From Camelus ferus (Eukaryota), in assembly GCF_009834535.1 (NCBI RefSeq), contig NC_045697.1, positions 68,016,001-68,080,000 of the forward strand: a stretch of DNA of 64,000 nt, given 5' to 3'. Of the stretch, positions 39,258-53,569 are shown piece by piece. How positions within the stretch are numbered: position 1 is the first letter of the stretch; every line of letters begins with the position of its first letter. The position numbers and the translations under genes were made by a program. The notes under the pieces were generated by a model that worked only from the letters and a program-made list of their open reading frames with translations, made no database searches and was not told the origin of the DNA.

Positions 39258-41277
39258 TCCCTTACCCCTATTGGACATTGGACATTACTAATAGAACACT
39301 GACAGAGTTGTTTAAACCCATTTTGATGAAGGAAATATTTATTCGACTTTCTTACATTTAGAAAGCTATAATATAGTCAGAATAGTTTCTTTCTTTCCTG
39401 CTTCCTTATGTGGATATGCTGAACTAAAAAATTAGGCTTTGTTAATTTTTGTTATGATCCTTGACTTTTCAATGAATGGTTTAAAAAAAAAAACTCATTT
39501 TAGTCAAAACTCATTTTTGTCAAGAATCTTTTTTTTCCTTGAGTCTTTTTATTATATGCAATGCCAGTGAGCACAAGTGAGACAATGTAGGAGATAGAGC
39601 TACTATAAGATTCACTGCCTACACTAGCTTCTGAGTTGCAAATGGCTTACTGTGAGACGTTAAGCAGGAATCTTGTGAAAGAGATTCAGATCACAGAAAG
39701 CTGACATGGGCCAAAAGACACAGAGCACCATAGTGTACTCTCCTAGACACCAGACTTGGGAATGAATAAAGGGTCTCATTGATCGGCCTCCTAAATGCCC
39801 AGGGACTGGTTTAATCCCAAATGTCTCAAGTTTGAAAAAATGTACTGCTGAAGGAATAGATTAATATTTGCATTTCTACAAATGTGGTGGCAATTATTAC
39901 AAGAGCATTATGCAGTTTGGCCTTGAGAAAAGAAAGGCTATATCTTATCAGAACATTTGAGAAATTGAATGTGTATTCATGTGGAAACCTTTTGATGAGG
40001 AACTCTAATTTCTTAGATTCTTTTTTTACAGACTCTGAGGAAAGCTCACTTTAGGGAACAGCATGCCAGCTGTACAATGGGCAATAGCAAAACTAGACAC
40101 AGTAGAAAGAACTCATAGTGCTTAGAAATCATCAAATGCAAAAATCAAAAGATGCAAGACCAAACCTTCTCTGCTTATCTTAAATAGCAAAGGAAGCTGA
40201 TGCTGAAGGGTGAAGAAAAGAATTACAAATTATATAAATTATTTACCTTAGCTGACCATTCTAGCATGGTATGGCTCTGATCCTCATTACCCATCACATA
40301 TCCCTTTGCTATTCACCCAAGAGACAGCCAAGTGAAGATACTCATATGTGAAACAAGTACCATCACAAGTAAACGACTGTTATTTGAAGAATCTGTCTCT
40401 TCTACCTCCTAACTCAGATTATATATTTGAAATCTGGATTTAGGACTCTGTCCCACATACTCATGCTGTAAGACACAGAGAGAAAGTGATGTAAATATAT
40501 GCACAAGAGTGTAAAAATAAAGATAGTGTCATATATTTGGAAATAATTTTCTGTGATCACAATTAACTTTATATATTATACACTTTTTCAGTGAATAACT
40601 TAGGGAAAGGGAGAAGTTATTTTTATTTAGATAATATATTTTTAAATGTAGGCATAGTTTATGTTCACTGTAGTGCAAGAGGGCATGACTGATTTATGTT
40701 GACAATTAGATCTCATGCTTTAGTATTATTGGACAGTCAGTCAACTGACATAAAACCTGCATTAGACTGTGCCTTCTATGTGGCAATTTACAATGTTATA
40801 CAGTCAGACAAACAATTTCAATTTAACACCACTACCATGTTTGTGTACCTCATGGAGGTACCTTTCACATACAATATAAAGTGAATGGCACCTAGTCAAA
40901 TTGTGCAACAGGGCAGGAATGCAATCACATAAATTGGTAAAATGCGACAAGGACTTTGCAATATAAATCATTTATCCGATTAATTAGAAAAAGGGAGAGT
41001 TTTCTGGCTGATCAATCTATAACCAAACCTCTGCAAGTGCTTTGAAATTGCTAGTTTTTGAACTGAAGAATATAATATATGTAAAACAAATTCCAGCTAA
41101 AAGGGACTTTAGAAGCCCTTTTGGTCAACATTAAGTGATTTCTTTGAGATAAAAGTATGTTCCTACTCTTTTGAGCAAAAACATTCTTTAATTAGCTCCA
41201 TAAATTTGAAAATGTTTGAAGGAATTGTCCTTCAAACATAATCTTTCTGCAAATATTTATTCCTATATTTAAAATAT

Positions 41278-41900
41278 TTTTATTAAAGTATAATTTACTT
41301 AAATATACAATTAAAAAGGATGAGTTAACAATGGGTTTACAGGTCTATTAATTTTTATGAAGCTGACACATCAAAAAAAAAAAAAAACCACAAAACAAAA
41401 AACAGGACACCATCCACATTTCAGAAGCTCCCCTCAAGCCCTCTCCCAGTAGCAGCCCTCTTCTTTAGAGGTAATCACTTTCCCAAAGATTAGATTGTTT
41501 CTGAACATTATTCAAATGGACTTTTACAGATTTTTCTGTCTGACTTCAAACTTATGATTGTGATATCAAAGTATGTTGTTGCAGGTAGCTGTAATTTGTT
41601 CCTTTTCATTTCTATATTCATTGTATGACTATCACACAATTTATTCATCCACTACATTCTTGTAGACAATTTTCTTGTTTCTAATTTGGGGTCATTTCAA
41701 GTACTGATGCTATGAACATTTTTGAAGATGTTTTCTGGTGCACAAATATAGACATTTCTTTTGTATCTGTACTTAGAAGTGAAATTATTTACTCATGGGG
41801 TACTCATGTTCATGTTTAGTAGATATTGCCAAAAGTTCAACAAAGTCGTTACACCACCAGCTTGAAGTGTACAGTGCTATATGTTGCTTGGTATCTTCTA
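41278..41900 (-). mobile_element. Old L1 (L1ME-like) 3' end
   Basis: ttttattaaagtataatttac...cagaagctcccctcaagccctctcccagt...gaggtaatcact...acaatttattcatcc...gctatgaacatt...gtttagtagatattgccaaa. Confidence 0.8.
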
Positions 41901-42258
41901 TTTCTTTGGAAACTTTTGTGCTATTTTTCTTTTCTTTTCTTTTCCATTTCTGCTATCTCAATTCATTTATTAAGTAGATCAGAAGGTCAGAAATATCTAG
42001 ACTCCAAAAAGATGTTCTGATGACACCTTTCAAGCTCTGCGGAAACCATTTGCATGTCCAATCACATCTCCAAATAGTTAATCCGCACTACATCAAAATC
42101 AGCCCAAAACTACACAAGGAGAAATTAAGCCACAGAGAAATGGAGCCCAGAGCCCTGATTTAGGAGGGAAAATATTTGATTTCAAAGAATAAAGATGCGT
42201 TCTAGTCCTGACTCAGTCACTAGTTATGGGCCATTAGGACCTTTAACCTCATTTCTTT

Positions 42259-42280
42259 TGTGTGTGTGTGTGTGTGTGTG
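42259..42280. repeat. (TG)11 microsatellite
   Basis: Read directly. Confidence 0.95.
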
Positions 42281-42329
42281 CTATTTTTCTTAAATTTTAT
42301 TTCCATCCCACTGCCTTTAGCTTCTGTCT

Positions 42330-43442
42330 TTGTTACTCTAATTATAAATATTAATTTTCTTTTTACAATGCCCCATATGTGTCTTACTCCTTCTTCTGTA
42401 CTTTCCAAACTTTTTAATCTCTCTGTGCTGCAGTTTGCTTATTTTCACTGATTTATCCTTCAGATCATAAGTCCTTATTTGGGCTATGTGTAATGCACTA
42501 TTAATTAAATGTATAAAGTTTTTAATTATAGGTAGTATATTTTTCTAATGTTAACATTACTCTTGAACTATTTTCTGTAAATTCTAATTTCTTGATGAAA
42601 TACTCCATCTTTCCATATATTATCATATGTGGGTATAGACATAGAGAGAGATACATAGATAAATAGATATACATTTGAGTTATTTTAAAACCTGTGGCTG
42701 ATACCGCCACCATTTTTTTTTCTGTAGGTCTGATTCTATTGTCTGGTTTTTCAATTGGTTTTTAATTTTCTTTTTTTTTTTTTTTTTTTTTTTTTGTATC
42801 CTGGCTTACTGCCTTTGTTTGTTTGTTTTAATGCCAGACATTGTATATGAAAATGTGTACAGGTTATTTGTAGGAATAGAAAATGTTATTTTTTTCTTCT
42901 TTTGCTCCTAACAAGCAGTTAGATTAAAGGAAGACTGCTTTAATGGTTCAGGAATTGAAATGTTTTGAGGCTAGATTTCAGTCTTTGTGAGAGCTATTCT
43001 ATATTCTGTCTGGCCATCTTCTTTGGGCAAATTTCTTCAGAGATCCCGACTGAAATCTTAAATGTGTTCCAGCACTCACCACTCTCCCCATGTCCCCAAG
43101 AGATTGCTAGATGCTTTTCTCAACTTCTCAGTACTTCTTCTGATGCTTAGACTAAGGACAGATCATGATATAATCAGAAGAGAGCTGGATGAAGTTGAAG
43201 TTTGGCTGCAACTTGTAAATGAGCGAATAGCTCCCAAGCAAGGGCTACTTCAGCATCAATCAGACTCACTTCTTTTTGTTTCTCATCCTTCTAAGATACT
43301 GACCTTTAGATTTTTGGCTGATTTGATAGTTTTCTGATGTTTTTAAATTGTTTTTTTTTTAATACTTTATTCACTTCCCTAGTTTTTTTCAGCAGAAGAG
43401 TTGGTCTGATAGAACCTGATCTGCCATTGCCAAAAGTGGAAT
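42330..43442 (-). mobile_element. Old L1 5' region (ORF1 start and 5'UTR), antisense
   Basis: ccccatatgtgtcttact...tctaatttcttgatgaaatactccatc...atgccagacattgtatatgaaa...ends ctgccattgccaaaagtggaa (an L1ME-type 5' terminus on minus). Confidence 0.65.
42771..42795. repeat. T25 homopolymer
   Basis: Read directly. Confidence 0.95.
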
Positions 43443-44208
43443 TTTTATGTACTTATTCTTCACACAAACCATGCTACATTCACATGTGTTTTATTCAACA
43501 AGAACAGCAATGTAGTGAAAGGCATAATGTATAAATTTTGGTTTAATTTATAAATGTGTCTTTTGTCATTTTAATAAAAATTTTTAATGTAATCTCTGAT
43601 ATTAAAAACACAAGTTTATTATTAATATATATATAGACTTCTTTATGTTCCTAATATCATCTTTGGACTTCATTTCTAAAGACTAATTTAGGCAAATTAT
43701 TATAGAATTATTTAAGACTGCAGTCTAAACATAAATATAAAAGTTAAATAATATTTTCATAGAGTGATCTCTATTGGGTACCTAAATGTAGCCATATGAA
43801 ATTGCTAATTTTTAGATGGAAATACACAAATATTCTGTATGATTTTAGGTCATTTTTACATGACTGTATTTTTCCCTCAGTTAAGGATAAATCCATTGAA
43901 TAACTATATAATCAAATAATCTATTTTTCATTTGGTTTCAGAAGTAGTGATTTCATCAAGTTAGAAATAATTAGTAAAATCATGTACTTACAAGAACTTT
44001 TGATGATAGTATTTAATCACGGATATGGAGAATTTATAAATTTTAATCACAAAGTCTGTCTCAATTTTGAAGGTGTCTTACAGTTTTTGATTTATTTTAA
44101 TGTTGGCTCAAAAACTTGTAAACAACTCTTTATTCAAATGAATATTTCCAACAAAAATGTAATATAATTATAGGTTGGAATAAAGAAAATAAGCACATTT
44201 TCTTGCAA

Positions 44209-45295
44209 TTTGCACAGCAAAGATAACCATAAACAAAATGAAAAGACAACCTACGGAATGGGAGAAAATATTTGCAAATGATGCTACTGACAAGGGCTTA
44301 ATTTCCAGAACATAGAAACAGTTTATACAACTCAATAACAACAATGAAAAAAAAACCCCAAACAATACAATAAAAAAATGGGCAGAAGATGTAAACAGAC
44401 ATTTCTCCAATGAAGACATACAGATGGTCAATAGGCATATGAAAAGATGCTCAATATCGTTAATTATGAGAGAAATGCAAGTCAAAACTACAATGAGGTA
44501 TCATTCACACCAATGAGAATGGCCATCATTAAAAAGTCCAAAAATTATAAATGCTGGAGAGGATGTGAAGAAAAGGGAATCCTCTTACACAGTTATTGGG
44601 AATGTAGTTTGGTGCAGTCACTATGGAAAACAGTATGGCGATACCTCAAAAAACTAAAAATAGACTTACCAAAAGATCCAGAAATCCCACTCCTGGGCAT
44701 TTATCTGGAGAAAACTCTAATTCGAAAAAAAAAATGCACCCCAATGTTTATAAAAGTACTATTTACAATAGCCAAGACATAGAAGCAATGTAAATGTCTA
44801 TCAACAGATGACTGGATAAAGATGTAGTATATATACACAATGGACTACTACTCAGTCATAAAAATGAATGAAATAATGCCATTTGCAGCAACACAGATGG
44901 ATCTGGAGATTATCATACAAAATGCAGTAAGTTAAACAGAGAATGACAAATATCATGATATCATTTATATGTGGAATCTAAAAAAAAATGACACAAATGA
45001 ACTTATTTACAAAACAGAAAAAGACTCACAGACATAGATAACAAACTTATGGTTACCAAAAGAGGGGGGAGGGACAAATTAGGAGTTTGGAGTTTGCAGA
45101 TACTAACTACTACATGTAAAACAGAAAAACAAAAGGGTCCTACTGTATAGCACAGAGAACTATATTCAATATCTTATAATAACTTATAATGAAAAAGAAT
45201 AGGAAAAAGAATATATACATATAAGTAAATCACTATGCTGTACGCCAGAAACACAGCACTGTAAATCAATTACACTTCAATAAACAAAGAAAAGA
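44209..45295 (+). mobile_element. Artiodactyl-type L1, ORF2 C-terminus plus 3'UTR (5'-truncated, ~1.1 kb)
   Basis: ORF 44447-44782 ([55 protein letters not shown]) is the L1 ORF2p CCHC region; frameshifted; 3'UTR and AATAAA tail follow. Confidence 0.95.
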
Positions 45296-47499
45296 AGTCC
45301 ATCAATTAGAATTTAAATATTTACATGTGTACATACTGATGTTTACTTAAGCACGTGTCTTCTCACTTCATTTTCTACTTATAGTGATAAAAATGGAACT
45401 TGCAATATTTACACTAATTCAATATTGAATAAAGTAAAGTGAAATATACTACATTGATTAAACAATTCATTCGGTTCTGCCTTGTATATGCTCTCGTCTT
45501 CCATTCACCCTAGAAAAACTGATGCTCCTAAAGACTTCCATCTGATGGCCTTCTGACAGCTTAACCACTTTTATTCAAACTATATTTGCTGAGCAGCTAC
45601 ACCATGCCTCTCTGTCTTAGACTGACTGGGGAAGTATACCCCAGTGCTAAACAGGAAACTCTGGCACTGCCTGCTGAACCACAGAGCATCCCTCCAACCT
45701 TCCTCTACTCTGGTCCTCTCATTCACATCCCAACAGTCCTGCTCAAGTCTCTGCCAGCAGCCTGGGTAGTTTCTTTATCTTTGAGCAATGAAAAGGTCCT
45801 GACTCTGATCTGGATCTGTCCTTAGAATCTGGATCCCGACCCCCATCTGGATCTGCAAACTGTCCTTGCTCTGACTCCTACACACATTCATACAAATTTA
45901 TGGCCAGATCTCTGAGAATCAGCCTTCTGTGTATCTGTGATAATTCTCCACTTACGTTTTGGGACAAATCACTGCTTTGCTTTATTCCTCTTTTCCGTAC
46001 TTTATGCCATTTGCTTGGATCATAACTAGAAATTGCCTCTCTCACTTGAGAGTGATTTCCAGGCTGGATCTCCTCACACAACAGGATCTAAGCACTGGGG
46101 CTTGTTCCATGGTGTGTCAGGCAACAGCCTCCTTCTTGCCTCTAACGTCATTTCTTACAAATTAGCTGCTGTGCTCTCTCAGGAATTCAGAGACACAACA
46201 AATCTCATATAAGCAATCCTTTGCTGTGTCATAGAATTGACTTCTCTTTTTCCCTATGTAAAGGATACATTATTTTCTAACTATAGGGACAAGTTTATCA
46301 CTTTAAAATAACAGTCAAATATTATTTTGTCAATCTTAAAAGTAACCAAACATAATATATATATCTAACATACAAGGAAAACAGAAACCTCAATGAAATG
46401 AACATTCTTCATTCATTCCAGAAAATATAGCAAGGCTGGCATATTTATGAATTCTGCTACTACCAATGAAAGAAACTGAATTATGAAAAACCACCAAAAT
46501 TAAGTCTGTAATACCAAACTCATATTAAAAATATATGACTATAGATAGTTATTCCATCTGACTCAAATTACAGCTTCAGATGAGATACAAATAGAAGAGT
46601 GACGAAAGAAGTATATAGACACTAGTGAGTCTACCTTGATAATCAAGGAATGAAAAGTACTTTTCAATCAGATCACCTTCACCTACAAAACATGAGACTT
46701 AATATAATTATTCAGTAAATCCATCAATGCATCCTCCTCCCCAAAATTGAAATCTATGATGAATAGGTATATAACATTCAGAAAAAATAAAATTCTGCTA
46801 ATACTTATTTTCACTAGAATTCATTTTACTTAACTGTTTTATATGATCATTCTGACCAGAGATAATTTTGATGAAGTACATTAAGAAAACTAAGCTTCTA
46901 GCCATTTTTATTGCCAAGTAATAAGAAAAGCATATGTTCTTACCTTGTCTGAATATTAGCTATCACTACATTTAGATGTGTTTAGGATGAGCTGAGACTC
47001 AGGACTTAGCCAAACAAAATATGAAGTTTCCAAATCATGGATGGGATTAAAGTAGGGAAAATCTTATGAATAAGTCAGGGACGGAGTTAGGATCAGAAGA
47101 GGAGATGAGCGACAGGGTGAAGTTCAGATATAAGTCTTGGAATAAATGCCTGTAGAATATTACTCTTGGTATAAAAATAGCCTTTAAATATTATAATGTC
47201 TTTATATACAAACTGTTGCAATACAATGTGTTGTTTAATCAACCATATCACTGTCCTGTTTCATCACAAATATAAAAAGGTTTATATTAAGGGATTCCCA
47301 AAGAATTTATTCCCCAAGAGTTAAAATATTAAAATATACACATAGAGATTTCTTTTTTTGCAACTAAATCAGAAACTAAATATAGAAATAGCAAAGTTTA
47401 GGCAAAACAGCTAGTGGAAGTCTCAGTAGAGCAGGATGAGAAGGTGAGTTTGAATAAACCTTAATTGTCATTGATTTCATTATTCCTTGGAGAAAAACT

Positions 47500-47840
47500 G
47501 TGTTAACAGAAAGACAATGTTTCAAAGAAGCCCAGAGAAAGGGCATTCAAAAGGCTGGACTCTGACCATGTGACTTAACATCTACCCAGTCTGGGAGAAG
47601 GTCCACATGGCTCAAATGGGAGAAAGCTGCCTCAGGCTATCCCAGTGTGATGACACCAGCCATTTCAATTATAAAACTAATTATCCTTGAACTGATTCTG
47701 TACCCACTGAGCTAACTCCTGTTTGGAATTTGGCTTCTCAAGGAAGACTTCCCTACAGAGAATGGATGTCCTGGCTTATCACCATGAACACCACAGTTAT
47801 ATTGCTCATTAAAAATCAATACTCTGTCATTCTGGTTACA
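47500..47840 (+). mobile_element. Possible ancient LTR remnant (Gypsy/ERVL-like)
   Basis: Raised GC, ATTAAA at ~47808 and terminal ...ggttaca at 47840; family not identified. Confidence 0.25.
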
Positions 47841-50800
47841 GCTGAATCTTTTAAAAATATGATTATTATGGGTTAGTTCTCAAGAGACTAAAGTACTTGA
47901 GCTACATAGACAAAATTATGTTTCTGTTCCAGAAACATTGAGAAGTAAACATATTCAGTGCATCAAGTCAGAATTTTTAAAAACTTTTTTATTCAGTTTT
48001 AATGTACACTCAGCAAAATGCAGAGATTTGAACTGTTTGCTTGATTGGTTTTGACAAATCTATATGTCTGTGTATTCAACATTCCAAACAGAATGTTTCT
48101 ATACCACATAGAGTGTGCTCATTGTTCTTTTGAGTCAATCTCTTCACACAGAGGAACTCTTTTGATCCCTATCACCACAGATCATTTTTGCCTCTTCTAG
48201 AACTTTATATGAATGGAACCATAGGGCATATATTACTTTTTCTTGACATTTTATGCACTATGATAGTTACAAAATGCATCCAAGTTGCTGCACTTATTAG
48301 TAATTATTGGTTTCTTGTTTAGTTTATCCCATTGTATGAATGTACCAGAATTTGCATATCCATTTTCCTGAGGATAGGTAACTTGTTTCCCTACCATCTC
48401 TCCTACCTCCCAGTTTGGAGCTATTACAAATAAAGATGCTAAACCCTTCTTCACATATGTTTTGTGGGGGAATATGTACACAGTCATTTATTTTCATTAT
48501 ACACCCAAAAGTGGAAGTTTAAGGTTATTGGGCAGATGCATGTTTCACTTGTTTTAAGAGAGTATCAAACAGTTTCCATGTTATGTTTCCACTGGCAATG
48601 CATAACATGAGAGTTCTCAGTTACTCCACATCTTCAAAACACTTTTTTTAAACATTTAAAAAATTTAGTCATTCTAGAGAGAATCCAGTGATATCTCATT
48701 GTTTTAATTTTCATTTCCTTGATGAAGCACAATGTTGAGCTCCTTCCACATGAGTATTTTCTTTTGTAAAATCTTTGTTCAAGTCTTTTAATTGATTAGT
48801 TGGTGTTTCAATTATAAATTGAAGGAGCTCTTTACATTACCTGGATACAAGTCCTTTACCAGAAAATTTGACAAATACTTTTTCCTAGTCTTTGTCTTGC
48901 TTTTTTACTTAATAGTGTCTATTAATGAGAGAAGTTTTCAAATTTTAATGAAGCCTAATTTTTAATGTCTTTTTTATAAATATATTGCTAGTGCTTTTGC
49001 ATTCTAAGAAAATTTTGCCCACCTCGGGGTTGTGATGATATGTTTCTATGTTTCGTCTATAAACGTTAAATATTTTCATTTTCTATTTAGAGCTATAATA
49101 CATCTTTTATTAATTTTGTATATATTTTAAGGTATGGAAAAAGATTCATTTTTCTTAATTTCAACATTCATTTGTTCCTACATCATTAGTTGAAAAGACT
49201 TTGCTTTCTCTTTGATTGCTTCGTCACTTTTATTAAAAATCAATTTCTACAATTATGTGAGCTTATGTCTGAACTTTATGTTCAGTTCTATTAATCTATT
49301 TATATATCCTTATTAATTTCTGTCCCTTTAAAGTACTTTGTAAAGTTCAGCAGTAGAAATCATTCATCTTTTTATTCCTTTTTTAAAGTTGTTTTGGCTC
49401 TTTTAAATCATGTGCATTTTCATTTAATCTTTAAGTTTACCAGATACTTTCTCAAAAATCACTATTAGGATGATAATGGTGATTACATACTTAAGATAGT
49501 TATTTCTTATATGTATTTTTGCTATTATTTTCTATTTCAATTCTGATTTTATCAAAGAATACATTCTGTGTACTTGATACTTAAAATTTACAAACACTTT
49601 CTTTAAGGTGTCAGGTTTGTTGTATTAAATGCATGCACTTGAAAACTGCATTCTATAGTTATTGAATGTGATGTTCTATAAATGTTACTTTAGGTAAAGA
49701 CTAGTTTATTTTGTTAGTTAAATCTTCTAAGTCCTTATAGACTTTCATCTATTAATTCTATAAATTACTGAGAGAGGAATGCCAAAACAACTATTTGTCA
49801 ATTTTTGTTTTATAAGTTTTGAATTTGTTAGTAGGTGACTAAACATGTATTATTGATTAATTTACTTCATTATTATGAAATTTCTCTTCTGAAAATACAG
49901 ACAAGTACAGCCTGCCTGGTATTAATAAAGCCATACTATGTTTTTATGAGTAACATTTCACTTTCTCTATCTTTATATTTAATTAATTGTTGTCTCTTAT
50001 AAAGACTATGTAGCTCAGTTTTCCTTTTTTATACCAGGTTGGAAATCGCTGCCTTAAAATTAAGATGTTTAGTCCATTTACAATTTACATAATTATTGGT
50101 ATGGTTGGGTTTAATCTACACTACATTGCTATTTGCTTTCTGTTAGGCTTATCCCTTTCTTTCTTTGTTTCTCTTTTCCCATCTCTCTTTTACTTAATCA
50201 AGTAGTTCCTGCCATTTTTATATCCTCTATTTTGTATAAAAAAAATTTTATATTTATTTTAGGCTACTTTCATAGTGCTTATTCTAGCAATTATAATGTG
50301 CATCCTTAACTGACCATTTTCCAGCTTGAATTATAATACCATCTTATGTATAATGTAAAGCTATTGCCATCTTCTTTACTTTTTTGCTACTTTTTTCATA
50401 TATTTGCAACTACGTATGTCATTAACTTCATAAAACACAGGTATTTGTTTTGCTTTATATAAATTTGCTTTAAAATTGCTTTAAATAAATATTATTTTTA
50501 ATAAAATTAAGAAAAAATAATATTTTATATTTAACCCCAAATATATCATTTCTAGTGTTCTTCCCTCATTTGTTTAGATACAGATTTCCATCTGATATCA
50601 TTCCCTTCATCCTGAATAACTTCCTTTAGCATTTCCTTTAAGGCAGGTTTGGTGGTAGTGAATCTTCTTATATATCATTTAGTTGAAATGTCTTTGTCTT
50701 CATTTTAGAATATTTTCACTATAGAATACTGTGTTGATGTTTTCTTTTAGTACTTATCCTCTTTTTTTGGCCATTGATTCTTACATATTGCTATTTGCCT

Positions 50801-51143
50801 TAAGCCTTTCTTTTCCTCTGCTATTTTCAAGTTTCTTCTGTAACTTTAATTTTCAGCAGTTTGACTGTGATGTGTCTATATGTGGTTTTGTTTGTATTTA
50901 TTCCATTTGGGGTTGCCTGAGCTTCTTTAATCTTTAAGTGCATTAATTTCACAAAATTGGAGTATTTTCAGCTATTAAATCTTCAAATATATACTCTGCC
51001 CTAATCCTTCTGCATCTAGGATTTCATTACACGTCAGACTGCTTGATGTAGTTCCATAAGTTCCCTGAGTCTCTAATAAACTTTTTCTTCATTTTTCAGA
51101 TTAGATTATTTCTACTGATCTGACTGCAATTTACCTCACTTAC

Positions 51144-51145
51144 AT

Positions 51146-51188
<43 letters not shown>

Positions 51189-51191
51189 TTT
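51144..51191. repeat. (ATTT)12 microsatellite
   Basis: Read directly. Confidence 0.95.
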
Positions 51192-51269
51192 TGCCACCTT
51201 CAATTTGCTGTTAAACATATCTGGTGAATTTTTCATTTGAGATATTGTAATTTCTATTTACACTTTGTT

Positions 51270-52035
51270 ATTTTTAAAAACAGCTGTATTAAGATACAAT
51301 CATATAGCATAAAATTCACCAGTTGTAGGTATATAATTCAATGCTTTTAAATAAATTTATAAAGTTGGGAAGCTAGTGTTAGAACATTTCTATCATTTCA
51401 GGATGATTACTTTGTACAGTTGATCCCCATTCCCACCTCCAAATCCAAGCAGCAACAAATCTGCTTCCATCTTTAAAGATTTCTCTTTTATATCCATATC
51501 TTATAAATGGCATCATACAATATGTAATCCTTTGCATCCAGCTGCATTCACTAAAGCCAACATTTATGAAGTTTACCCATATTACAACATACAACATTTT
51601 GTCAATTTTTTATATTTTTCTCATTCACCAGTTGATGGACATTTTGGATCTTTCCAAATTTTTGCTTATGAATAATGTTGCTATTGAACTGAACATAAAA
51701 TTCTTTGTGTGGGTACACACACACACACACACACATATATATAATATAGGTTTTATAGGTTTCACTTGTGTGTAGATTCATAGGACTCATATTTCTCTGT
51801 CAAATACTGAGTTTAGGCTTTACTTTTTAAAAAACTGACAAACTGTTTTCCAAAATGACTATACCATTCTACATTCTAATCTGCAGTACATGAGAGTTAC
51901 AGTTCTTCCTCATCCTCAACACTTACAATTTTTGGCATTCAAAAATTATAGCCATTATAGGGAGTTTAAAATGGTATCTTCTTGTGCTTTTAAAGTTCAT
52001 TTCCTTAATGACAGAGTTATTGAGTACCATTTTTT
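51270..52035 (-). mobile_element. L1 3' end (L1MB/L1ME-like) nested in the longer L1
   Basis: New antisense tail aacagctgtattaagatacaatcatatagcataaaattcacc...cagttgatggacattttgga...ctgttttccaaaatgactataccatt...atttccttaatgac. Confidence 0.8.
51715..51735. repeat. (AC)10 microsatellite followed by (AT)n
   Basis: Read directly. Confidence 0.9.
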
Positions 52036-52112
52036 AAAATTTTTTATAGTTTATATATTTCTACTGAGAATTTACAGATGTCCATTCATCATGACATTAT
52101 ATTCCTCTAAGT

Positions 52113-52318
52113 CAGATTTCTAATCAGTATTATTTGAAACAGATAATCGCTTGTCTGGGGAAGCTGTTTTGTGCAGCACAGGATGTTTAGCAGCATCCTT
52201 GGCCTCTACTCATTGAATGCCAATAGCACACCCATCAGTTGTAACAATCAAAAATACCATCATAAGTGGTCAGACGTCAACTCTGGGGGTCAGAAAGCAT
52301 CCCAGTTGAGAACTTCTG
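52113..52318 (-). mobile_element. MER20 hAT-Charlie DNA transposon
   Basis: aggatgtttagcagcatccttggcctctactcattgaatgccaatagcac...agttgtaacaatcaaaaat...ctgggggtcagaaagcatcccagttgagaacttctg. Confidence 0.9.
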
Positions 52319-53569
52319 CTTTATTCTTTGATAGTAGTAATGAATTCCACATATGCTAATTCCAACATTATGAAGTAGATTTTCCTGCTTCTTCAAGTAT
52401 ACAAAGATATACTGTAATTATGGATCACACATTGTAAAGACTCTGGCTTCTGCTATCTTCTGTATCATCTGTATTAATTTTTGTTTGGCACTCAATTAAA
52501 TTGATGTTTTACTGCCTTGTAAAATGGGAACTTGGTTTTTGTGCTTTATTAAGTTTGGCCTGTCTTATATTTTCCCTTATTCCTGGAGTGAATCCCTTAG
52601 TTCAGGGATGTGCTCTTTATACCTGATGTAAGTCTCTTTTGGTTTTTCAATGAAAAACCCAAGATATTTACAAGTACCTCCAACTTGATAGGATTCAGAC
52701 TTACTACTACATTTCTCGTGAAATGGGCGGCAGCTGAATTTCTGCTCAGGGTTTTCAGCACTCCATCTGTGTCTTTCCACTTGGTTCCTTAGTCTCCCCA
52801 ACAGTTGCATAATTCTGTGGTCAAAGATTTGAAGACACTTTTTCTCAGTATTTTGGGCTTCTCCATCCTTTTTGGTATTTTCCCTTGCTTAAGTTTCCAG
52901 TTGCTCTAGTACTGCTAAACTATCTTCTAACCTTACCTCAAGCAGATCAAGATCTTAGATTACTGTTTGAGTTATAGCTATCACATGGAAAACGCTTTAT
53001 CAAGGTAGACTTCACAACAAGATCTCCTCAGCTAGCTTTTGCCTGTTTGTGTCAAATACCATTCAGTTTTCTCCTGCTTTAGTCTATTTCCCATGCCTTG
53101 AAATAGTGTGTGTGAGTGTGCATGTCTATTTTTACTGAGTTTATAATCATCTGTGGGCATGGTAGTTTGACAGTATTTACTCTGATATTACCTCTGCATG
53201 GTTATCCTTTAATATCCAAAATTTACAGCAAGATTAAATAACTTCTTCAAAGTCACATAGTTAGTAAAGTAACTCTTTTTCCATTTCACTATACTTTTAT
53301 TTCCTAACATTGTTTTTTCTATACAGGTTTTCTTTTTTTCATCTTTTTAAAGTCAGACATCTGGAGTTAAAAGTACATGATTTGTATTTTACTATTTATT
53401 AATTTACAGATTGTCTATAATACTCAATCACAGGTGTTCATTGTCAAAGAGTAGCATTAATATGTATGTATTTGATTAAAATAAAACAATTTAGGAAAAG
53501 CAGACTTCCATTCCTAGTTTTGAATTAAATAGACTGCATCTTAAAGTCAACTTCAGAATGCTAACTCCA

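Larger units (their letters stand above)
47985..53180 (-). mobile_element. Long, internally deleted old L1 (L1M4/L1ME-like) spanning 3' end, ORF2, ORF1 and 5'UTR, interrupted by two insertions
   Basis: Collinear antisense L1 landmarks from the tail at ~47985, through ORF2 (ctggatacaagtcctttacc; tagttgaaaagact) and ORF1 (cagcagtttgactgtgatgtgtcta; cagctattaaatcttcaaata), to the 5'UTR at ~52500-53180. Confidence 0.8.

Noticed and set aside
42771..42795. T25 run as a tail-only retroposition
   Set aside because: No flanking TSD; more likely homopolymer expansion inside an old L1
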